From the NCBI GenBank assembly GCA_012719545.1, contig JAAYAD010000030.1, forward strand, positions 7,541-71,540: 64,000 nt of DNA, in the 5' to 3' direction. This DNA comes from Clostridiaceae bacterium (GTDB lineage Bacteria > Bacillota > Clostridia > DSM-8532). The translations under genes were made by a program, and so were the position numbers. Positions within the stretch are counted from its first letter, which is position 1; every line of letters starts with the position of its first letter. Positions 57,336-64,000 of this stretch are shown piece by piece. The notes beneath the pieces were generated by a model that did not search any database, was not told the DNA's origin, and was given only the letters and a program-made list of their open reading frames with translations.

Positions 57336-59177
57336 TCAGTTTGTGCTGCTTTCATTAAGCTTTGCTTTTATGGTTTCGGCAAGTTTTCGGCTTATTCCCT
57401 TAACTTTTGCGATATCTTCAACCCTTGCCTCTTTAATTTTCTTGACAGAGCCAAATGCCTTTAAAAGGCTCTTCTTTCTGGTATTTCCCACTCCCGGAAT
57501 ATCATCCAGGGCAGATTTGACCATGCGTTTATTCCTGAGTGCCTTGTTGTACTGCAGTGCAAAACGGTGAGCTTCATTCTGGATTGATGCTATAAAATTA
57601 AGTATTTCCCGGTCCTGATTAAGATAAATGCCTGTTATGCCATTTACCAGGCGGTGGGTTCGATGCCTGTCGTCCTTTGCCATGCCCCATATGGGAACAT
57701 CAATGCCCAGATCTGCCAAAACCTCTTTGGCTGCGTTTACATGCTGTGCGCCGCCGTCAACAAGTATAAGGTTTGGGAGTGTAGAAAAGGCTTTATCCGT
57801 TGAGTTTCCCAGATAGCGGTTAAACCTTCTGAGAAGGGTTTCCTGCATGCTGCCGTAGTCATTCTGCTCTGTAATTACCTTCATTTTAAAGCGTCTGTAT
57901 TTTTGAGTATCCGCCCTGCCTTCGGTAAACACTACCATTGATGCCACAATCTCACTGCTTCCTGTATTGGAGATATCATATGCCTCGATCACCACAGGAA
58001 GAGAGGGCAGGTTCAGCATATTCTGAAGCTTTTTTAATGTCTCCAGGGATTTTGCGTGTGAAGCAAGCACATTACGGTTATAAAGCTCCAGTTCTTCCCT
58101 GGCATTTTGAACAGCCATATCAATAAGGTCGGCTTTTACGCCTCTTTGGGGAACAACCAATGTGACCTTGCTGCCACGCTTTTTGGTAAGCAATCCCGCA
58201 ATGGCATCCATGTACTCGGGCTCGTATTGCAAGGCAACCTCCCTGGGTATTTCAGGATTTGCCTCATAGTACTGAAGAAGAAAGGAGCCGATGACTTCAC
58301 CCGGGGGCGATGCTCCCATTCCTTCGAGCACATAGGAACGTTTCCCAATAAGATTTCCCTCACGGATGGAAAGGACGCTAGCGGCATAATGCCAGGAATC
58401 GGCATATATCGCCACCACATCCCGTTCGTCAAATTTTGTGGATGCAACAGCCTGCTTTTTATATATCTCATTTATGCTTCTTATTCTGTCACGTATTACG
58501 GCTGCCCTTTCAAACTGGAGCTCCTCCGACAATTTTTCCATTTCTGCCTGCAGCTTTTTTAAAACATCCTCATGTTTTCCTTCAAGAAAGGCTATGGCAT
58601 TTTTAACAAGCTCATTGTATTCTTCCTTTGATATATTTCCGACACAAGGCGCAGAGCACATTCCTATATGATAGTAGAGGCAGGGCTTCTGTTTCTTGTC
58701 GGGAGAAATAGGTCTTTTGCAGGTTCTTATGGGAAACAGGCGTCTTAATAATTCCACCGAATCCCTTACTGCCGACATTTTTACAAAGGAGCCGAAATAC
58801 TTTGCCCCGTCCTTTTTAATTTTACGGGTAATTTCTACGAGAGGAAAATCCTCCTGAGTTGTTATACGGATATAGGGGTAGGTCTTGTCATCCTTAAGCA
58901 AAATATTATATTTGGGCATATGGCGCTTAATTAATGTATTTTCAAGTATAAGCGCCTCTTCTTCGGTATGTGTCACAATGTATTCCAGGGACTTGACATT
59001 TGAAACAAGCATGGCTGTTTTTTCGTCCCGATCATCCCGATGCTGGAAATATGATCTGACACGGTTCTTTAATATCTTTGCCTTGCCCACATATATGACT
59101 ACACCGTCTTCATCCTTCATTATATAAACTCCCGGCGATTCGGGAAGATTATTTAATACTTCTTTAATAGATGCCAA
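57336..59177 (-). CDS. uvrC: Excinuclease ABC subunit C (UvrC)
   Basis: GIY-YIG N-terminus (PGVYIMKDEDGVVIYVGKAKILKNRVRSY), UVR domain, RNase H-like endonuclease domain and C-terminal HhH2 (IPGVGNTRKKSLLKAFGS). Confidence 0.96.
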   Translation of the reverse strand: MASIKEVLNNLPESPGVYIMKDEDGVVIYVGKAKILKNRVRSYFQHRDDRDEKTAMLVSNVKSLEYIVTHTEEEALILENTLIKRHMPKYNILLKDDKTYPYIRITTQEDFPLVEITRKIKKDGAKYFGSFVKMSAVRDSVELLRRLFPIRTCKRPISPDKKQKPCLYYHIGMCSAPCVGNISKEEYNELVKNAIAFLEGKHEDVLKKLQAEMEKLSEELQFERAAVIRDRIRSINEIYKKQAVASTKFDERDVVAIYADSWHYAASVLSIREGNLIGKRSYVLEGMGASPPGEVIGSFLLQYYEANPEIPREVALQYEPEYMDAIAGLLTKKRGSKVTLVVPQRGVKADLIDMAVQNAREELELYNRNVLASHAKSLETLKKLQNMLNLPSLPVVIEAYDISNTGSSEIVASMVVFTEGRADTQKYRRFKMKVITEQNDYGSMQETLLRRFNRYLGNSTDKAFSTLPNLILVDGGAQHVNAAKEVLADLGIDVPIWGMAKDDRHRTHRLVNGITGIYLNQDREILNFIASIQNEAHRFALQYNKALRNKRMVKSALDDIPGVGNTRKKSLLKAFGSVKKIKEARVEDIAKVKGISRKLAETIKAKLNESSTN

Positions 59178-59228
59178 GGAAATTTCCCTCCCCTCATTAA
59201 ATTTATATATACTTAGTTAATTGCATAA

Positions 59229-59255
59229 CAAAAATGCCGGCAATACAGCCGGCAT
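59229..59255 (-). terminator. Rho-independent terminator after the HPr-like gene
   Basis: On the minus strand, ATGCCGGC-tgtatt-GCCGGCAT followed by TTTTTG. Confidence 0.7.
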
Positions 59256-59274
59256 CCAATTTATTAATTAATTA

Positions 59275-59538
59275 TTATTCTGCCATACCATTGTTGGCAA
59301 AAGCCTCAAGTTCACTGAGAGCAGTAGCTTCATCTCTACCGTCGGTAATAATGGTAATGGTATCACCCGGACTAATTCCAAGAGACAACAGCCCCAAAAG
59401 GCTTTTTGCGTTGGCCTTTCGCTCATCCTTCTGAATCCAGATATTTGATTCATAACTTGAAGCTTTTTGTATCAATCTGGCGGCCATCTTGGATTCCAAA
59501 CCTGTTTTGCTCGAAATTACTACTTCTTTAGATATCAT
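59275..59538 (-). CDS. HPr-family protein lacking the His15 phosphorylation site (Crh-like, Ser46 retained)
   Basis: MISKEVVISSKTGLESKMAARLIQKAS...NAKSLLGLLSLGISPGD aligns with HPr. The GIHARPA motif is replaced by GLESKMA, while the KS(I/L)xGxxSLG Ser46 motif is intact. The start is at ATG 59538, with AGGAGG 9 nt upstream. Confidence 0.85.
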   Translation of the reverse strand: MISKEVVISSKTGLESKMAARLIQKASSYESNIWIQKDERKANAKSLLGLLSLGISPGDTITIITDGRDEATALSELEAFANNGMAE

Positions 59539-59579
59539 AATGTACATCCTCCTGGCTGTTACCAAGTAACTGCCACTAT

Positions 59580-59587
59580 ATTATACA
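59580..59587 (-). promoter_or_regulatory. Extended -10 element (TGTATAAT) upstream of the HPr-like gene
   Basis: The minus strand reads TGTATAAT about 42 nt upstream of the ATG. No good -35 was seen. Confidence 0.35.
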
Positions 59588-60051
59588 ATAATGGCATAAA
59601 AAATAAAAGGTATTTTTTCTCTTTGCTTTGCGGCTTCAATTCCTATATTGCTCCATCATGTCACTAAAAAAATATATTGCATCTCTAATATTTCTCTTTT
59701 TTCAGGTAATATTTCATATTATTTCAAGAAAAATACTGAAATTGCTTTCCGAAATATCATATGGAAAAGGTATTGCGTCTGATATTTTTTCTGATTTTTC
59801 CACATAAAAGTATATTAGATGAAGAATGGCTTGACATTTTTATTACTATCATATAGAAACTTAACTTTGATTTTTAAATACCTGGTCCTAATATAGCATG
59901 AATCAAAATTCCTATTTCACTTAATTTATTAAAAACGTATTCTTTTAATAAGTGGTTAAGTGTATTAATTTGAATGTGTATTGGAAATATTACATCACCT
60001 TTTCGTTAGCACGTATTCAATAACCGCATAAATGATACTCCTCACATAAAA

Positions 60052-60082
60052 CTCCAACCGAATCTGGTTGGAGCTCTTTTTT
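60052..60082 (+). terminator. Perfect 8-bp stem-loop with a T6 tail inside the long intergenic region (terminator on the plus strand; weaker on the minus)
   Basis: CTCCAACC-gaatct-GGTTGGAG-ctc-TTTTTT. On the minus strand the same stem is followed by TTTTA. Confidence 0.6.
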
Positions 60083-60143
60083 AGAATTTTGTCATATTTA
60101 GATACATAGCTGATTTGGTCTGATATGTAATTTCGAATATGCA

Positions 60144-60179
60144 AAAATGGCGACTATCCTAAAGAATAACCGCCATTTT
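60144..60179 (-). terminator. Possible terminator after rnfB
   Basis: On the minus strand, AAAATGGCG-(18-nt loop)-CGCCATTTT followed by TGC. The large loop makes this only moderately convincing. Confidence 0.4.
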
Positions 60180-60253
60180 ATTAATTTAATTATCAAAGGT
60201 GGGTCATAAGTAAATCTTATAAAAAGCTCATTCTTATCTTAAATATATGTTTT

Positions 60254-61057
60254 TTACGCAAAGCATTTTGCCTTGGCATTTGAAATGCAGCTCTGCGGGC
60301 AAACTTTTTCGCACTCTCCGCAGTTAATGCATTTCTCAGGATCGATTACAGCCAGATTGTTTTCAACAGTAATGGCTGAAGAAGGACAAGCCTTCTCACA
60401 CTTGCGGCATGCAATACAAGCCACCTTGCAGTTCTTTCTTGCAACTGCACCCTTGTCCTGATTGGAGCAAAATACTGTGAAGCCCGAAGTTACAGGTACC
60501 AGTCGTATAATTCCCTTTGGACATTCTGCAACGCATTTGCCGCATCCGGTACATTTTTCAGAAATATTTCTTGCAACTCCGTTTTCTACTTCTATTGCGT
60601 CAAAGGGACATACCTTTCTGCAGCTTCCAAGACCAAGGCAGCTGTAGCTGCAAGAATTCATGCCTCCCGCAAGGGCATTGGCGCTATGACAGTCCTCTAT
60701 GCCAAAATAAGTATATTTTCTCTCAGCATTATCGCAGGTGCCATTGCACATTACTCTTGCTTCTTTAGGCTCTACAGATCCAGCATCTATTCCCATAAAC
60801 TTGGAAATTGCCTCCACCATTGACATACCGCCCACAGGACAGCGGTTGGGGGTTGCTTCCCCGTTTACTATAGCTTCGGCAAGGCCGTCGCATCCGGAAA
60901 AGCCACAGGCACCACAATTGGCTCCAGGGAGCATTTCTCTTACTTGTCCAATTCTTTCGTCAACTTTAACTTCAAAAACTTTTGATGCATAGGAAAGACC
61001 TAATCCAAAGAATAAGCCCAGTCCTGATACAACTGCTACAGGAATCAGCAAACTCAT
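60254..61057 (-). CDS. rnfB: Rnf electron-transport complex subunit B (polyferredoxin)
   Basis: N-terminal TM, then several CxxCxxCxxxCP 4Fe-4S motifs (CTGCGKCVAECP, CIACRKCEKACP, CINCGECEKVCP). The start is taken at ATG 61057 (MSLLIPV). The ORF extends to 61099. Confidence 0.92.
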   Translation of the reverse strand: MSLLIPVAVVSGLGLFFGLGLSYASKVFEVKVDERIGQVREMLPGANCGACGFSGCDGLAEAIVNGEATPNRCPVGGMSMVEAISKFMGIDAGSVEPKEARVMCNGTCDNAERKYTYFGIEDCHSANALAGGMNSCSYSCLGLGSCRKVCPFDAIEVENGVARNISEKCTGCGKCVAECPKGIIRLVPVTSGFTVFCSNQDKGAVARKNCKVACIACRKCEKACPSSAITVENNLAVIDPEKCINCGECEKVCPQSCISNAKAKCFA

Positions 61058-61076
61058 ATATGTCTCTCCCCCTTCC

Positions 61077-61658
61077 TTATGGAATAATGAGTCCGGCAAA
61101 GCCTACAAAGGTTACGGATACCAATGATGCCGCAATAAGAGTAATGGGCATACCTTTAAAAGCTTCAGGAATATCACATGCTTCAAGCCTTTCTCTTATA
61201 CCGGAGAACAATATCAAAGCCATTGTAAAGCCTAAGCCGGCCGCAAACCCAAACACCACTGCCTGAACAAAGGTGTAATCGCGCTCAACAAACAGAAGAG
61301 CAGAACCTAAAACTGCACAGTTGGTGGTAATAAGGGGAAGGTAAACGCCCAAGGCTTTGTAAAGGGATGGTATCAGTTTCTTAAGAACTGTTTCAACCAA
61401 CTGAACCAGAGCGGCTATTGCAAGTATAAATGCTATTGTCTGAAGATATTCCAGATTATTTGGCACTAATAGATATTCATTGATAAGCCATGTAGCAGCC
61501 TGAGAAAGCACCAGAACAAACACTACAGCTCCGCTCATGCCAACCGCTGTTGATGTTTTCTTGGATACTCCCAAAAACGGGCATATACCAAGGAATTTTG
61601 AAAGTACAAAGTTTTCTACGAACATTGCTCCAATTAATATGGCAAAGAGTTCTTTCAT
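61077..61658 (-). CDS. rnfA: Rnf complex subunit A
   Basis: 193-aa six-TM protein (ENFVLSKFLGICPFLGVS), the RnfA/NqrE family pattern. Confidence 0.93.
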   Translation of the reverse strand: MKELFAILIGAMFVENFVLSKFLGICPFLGVSKKTSTAVGMSGAVVFVLVLSQAATWLINEYLLVPNNLEYLQTIAFILAIAALVQLVETVLKKLIPSLYKALGVYLPLITTNCAVLGSALLFVERDYTFVQAVVFGFAAGLGFTMALILFSGIRERLEACDIPEAFKGMPITLIAASLVSVTFVGFAGLIIP

Positions 61659-62344
61659 TATGCCTCACCTCCATGCATGGCTTTGCTGCAGCCCGGACAT
61701 CCGGCAGCACATGCCGCTTTCGTATCAGCCTTCTTATCTGCCTTTTTGTCACTGAAAATCTTATTGAAAGCGGCAACCAAAAAGCCCATAACCATAAATC
61801 CACCTGGAGGGAGAATAAATATGGTTGCAGGGTCAAAAAGATTAACGGTAACGGGTATTCCCATCCAGGTTCCGGCTCCAAGAATTTCACGAACGGAACC
61901 TATTACTGTTATTGCAATTGTAAAGCCCAGGCCCATGCCCAAACCATCCATAATGGATGCAACAGGACCGTTTTTCTGGGCAAACATTTCAGCACGGGCA
62001 AAAATTATACAGTTAACAACAATAAGTGGAATATATATACCCAACTGTTTGTTAAGCTCGGGCAATAATGCAGCAAGAAGAAGCTGAACTATTGTTGTAA
62101 AAGCCGCGATAACGGTTATATACGCAGGTATGCGCACCTTATCGGGAACTATTTTTCTTATAAGTGATATAACAAGGTTGGAGCATACAAGAACAAAAGT
62201 TGCAGCAGCTCCCATGCCAAGGCCGTTCTTAGCCATTGTCGTAACCGCCAGAGAGGGACACATGCCCAAAAGGAGGCGGAATGTGGGATTCTCTTTGATC
62301 AAGCCGTTAAAAAATACCGAGAATACACTTTTCTTCTCTGCCAT
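61658..62344 (-). CDS. rnfE: Rnf complex subunit E
   Basis: NPTFRLLLGMCPSLAVTT motif of the RnfE/NqrD family. Polytopic. Confidence 0.93.
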   Translation of the reverse strand: MAEKKSVFSVFFNGLIKENPTFRLLLGMCPSLAVTTMAKNGLGMGAAATFVLVCSNLVISLIRKIVPDKVRIPAYITVIAAFTTIVQLLLAALLPELNKQLGIYIPLIVVNCIIFARAEMFAQKNGPVASIMDGLGMGLGFTIAITVIGSVREILGAGTWMGIPVTVNLFDPATIFILPPGGFMVMGFLVAAFNKIFSDKKADKKADTKAACAAGCPGCSKAMHGGEA

Positions 62345-62346
62345 TC

Positions 62347-62925
62347 TTAAACACCTCCTGCTATGGAAAGAACAAGATCTACAGCGTCAGATACCCCTCT
62401 GGTTACGGCACGGGATGAAATTGTTGCGCCGCTGATTGCCTGGATATCGCCTTCATCTATTGGTACTCTTTTAACTACATTAAAACCATTTGAGGGAATG
62501 GCACCCAGATATTGATCGGAAAAGCTTTTGTCTGCAATCTTTCCGCCCAGACCGGGAGTTTCGTTATGGCTAGTTATAATAATTCCTGCTATTTCATTGT
62601 TCATGGTTATTCCAACCATCATGGAAATACTTCCGCCATAGCCCTTGGGGGCAACTTCCACAACATAGCCTACGTTTTCTGCTATATAGAGATTCTGAAT
62701 AAAGTCGCCGACCTTATATCCGGATTCTTTAAGCTTATTAGCGTCCATAGGATCAGAAAAGCTTTGTGCGCCGGGAAGTACTTTACTTAATGCCTCTTCT
62801 TTTTCTCGCTTGCTGTTTTCCTCAATAATCGGTTTTGTAACTCCGTTTACATATGCCAGGGCGCCGGTCATTACCGCACAGACCAGAAACAGAATCAAGG
62901 CTGGCTTTATGATATCCTTAAACAT
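62347..62925 (-). CDS. rnfG: Rnf complex subunit G (FMN-binding)
   Basis: N-terminal TM and the FMN_bind motif (ISGATISSRAV, covalent flavinylation site). The start is at ATG 62925 (MFKDIIK), with GGAGGTG 6 nt upstream. Confidence 0.9.
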   Translation of the reverse strand: MFKDIIKPALILFLVCAVMTGALAYVNGVTKPIIEENSKREKEEALSKVLPGAQSFSDPMDANKLKESGYKVGDFIQNLYIAENVGYVVEVAPKGYGGSISMMVGITMNNEIAGIIITSHNETPGLGGKIADKSFSDQYLGAIPSNGFNVVKRVPIDEGDIQAISGATISSRAVTRGVSDAVDLVLSIAGGV

Positions 62926-63877
62926 TTGCGGCACCTCCAAATCTCTTTGGCATTGTATATCGGTCAATTAACGGTGTTGCCACATTCATAAGAAGGATGG
63001 CATAGGAAACACCCTCAGGCATATTGGTGTAAAGTCTGAAAATCATTGTTAAAAGCCCGCAGCCAATGGCATATATTATCATGCCTTTTTGAGTCATGGG
63101 GCAGGTGGTGTAGTCAGTTGCCATAAAGAAGGCGCCTAAGAGCAAGCTTCCAGCCAGTATGTGGAACAACATATCCCCTGTGAAAAGACCATTGGGGCCT
63201 GCCATCCACGCGAATATTGCAACTGTGCCGGTGTAGAACACAGGAATATGCCAGCTGATTACTCCTCTTGCAAGAAGGTATATACCTCCTATTAAGATTG
63301 CAAGAGCTGAGGTTTCACCAATTGAACCTCCCCTGTTTCCTAAAAACATGTCAATAAGTGAAGGCAGATCCCCGCCCTCTTTAAGTACTCCGAGAGGAGT
63401 GGCATAAGAAACTGCGTCAGCGTTATTGAAAGCACTTGTCAATGGTTTAGTCCAGAGAGTCATTTTGGAACCATAAGCAACAAGGAGCATTGCACGTGCT
63501 GCCAAAGCAGGGTTTAAGAAGTTCTGACCAATTCCTCCAAAAAGCTGCTTAACAATAAATATTGCGAAGAATGAACCTACTATTGCCATCCATACAGGTA
63601 TTGCCGGCGGCAGATTCAATCCCAGAAGAAGACCTGTAACAACCGCACTCAGATCTCCTATTGTATTGCTGCGCTTTAAAGCCTTGCGGGCAAGGTACTC
63701 AAATAAAACACATGACAATGTTGTAGCAGCAACAAGAATTGCTGCATTGACTCCGAAAAACCAAATACCTGCCAATGTAGCCGGTATAAGGGCTATTATA
63801 ACATCCAGCATCAGTTTCTGAGTGGTTGCCCCGCTTCTTATATGAGGAGATGAGCTAACCAACAAACTATTTTCCAA
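62918..63877 (-). CDS. rnfD: Rnf complex subunit D
   Basis: SSSPHIRS N-terminus, NqrB/RnfD polytopic pattern, and the SGATPL-like region (SYATPLG). Confidence 0.93.
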   Translation of the reverse strand: MENSLLVSSSPHIRSGATTQKLMLDVIIALIPATLAGIWFFGVNAAILVAATTLSCVLFEYLARKALKRSNTIGDLSAVVTGLLLGLNLPPAIPVWMAIVGSFFAIFIVKQLFGGIGQNFLNPALAARAMLLVAYGSKMTLWTKPLTSAFNNADAVSYATPLGVLKEGGDLPSLIDMFLGNRGGSIGETSALAILIGGIYLLARGVISWHIPVFYTGTVAIFAWMAGPNGLFTGDMLFHILAGSLLLGAFFMATDYTTCPMTQKGMIIYAIGCGLLTMIFRLYTNMPEGVSYAILLMNVATPLIDRYTMPKRFGGAANV

Positions 63878-63911
63878 GACAATTCCTCCTTACCTCTATC
63901 TTAAGGTACTA

Positions 63912-64000
63912 TTCACTTTTTTGCTTTCCTGCGCAAGGCATCCTTGCCGAGTCTTATATACTGGACAATAAGCCGCTTTGCGGGACAAGCATAAACACAT
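63912..64000 (-). CDS. rnfC: Rnf complex subunit C, C-terminal fragment (rest lies beyond the right window edge)
   Basis: The reverse complement reads ...CVYACPAKRLIVQYIRLGKDALRRKAKK-stop (TGA at 63914-63912). The CxxxCP ferredoxin tail and its position upstream of rnfD fit RnfC. Confidence 0.7.

Noticed and set aside
59178-59274. LexA/SOS box (GAAC-N4-GTTC type) upstream of uvrC
   Set aside because: No such motif is present. The interval is occupied by the terminator of the HPr-like gene and AT-rich sequence.

Overview
This window looks like core chromosome from a motile, endospore-forming Firmicute of class Clostridia. It is AT-rich, Shine-Dalgarno sites are strong, and about 70 of the 72 genes lie on the minus strand.

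Gene content, left to right in window coordinates (minus-strand transcription runs right to left):
- **1-27.9 kb:** a Bacillus-like fla/che operon. In transcription order it reads flgB flgC fliE fliF fliG fliH fliI fliJ ylxF-like fliK flgD TIGR02530-like flgE flbD fliL fliM fliY cheY fliO fliP fliQ fliR flhB [HAD hydrolase] flhA flhF flhG [PilZ] cheB cheA. cheA is cut by the window edge.
- **28.2-46.2 kb:** a sporulation and housekeeping block. It holds an alpha/beta SASP (plus strand), ytfJ, ytfI, scpB, scpA, trpS, an M50 protease, dgkA, ybeY, pgpH, phoH, yqfD, yqfC, a pdaA-like gene, two DUF881 genes, an HD-GYP gene, ligA, an Amidase_3 gene and gpr.
- **46.6-64 kb:** rpsT (plus strand), spoIIIAH back to spoIIIAA, a PrsA/SurA-like gene, mfd, uvrC, an HPr-like gene, then rnfB-A-E-G-D and the 3' end of rnfC.

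I found no tRNA or rRNA genes, CRISPR arrays, transposases, integrases, prophage genes or recognisable defence genes. I also cannot support any new multi-gene system.

The features not explained by the gene calls are all small cis elements or gene variants:
- A perfect 12-bp palindrome sits in two flagellar promoter regions.
- A HAD gene with its own terminator splits flhB from flhA.
- A GC-rich repeat of about 30 nt is present in three copies. Two of them form a roughly 120-nt inverted structure between gpr and rpsT.
- The flgE leader is structured and rich in GGA motifs.
- A nested palindrome overlaps a candidate mfd promoter.
- The HPr paralogue has Glu in place of His15.
- spoIIIAA and spoIIIAB overlap by about 100-137 nt.

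All coordinates and motifs were read by eye from the sequence. Family assignments rest on recognised sequence motifs and synteny, not on database searches.
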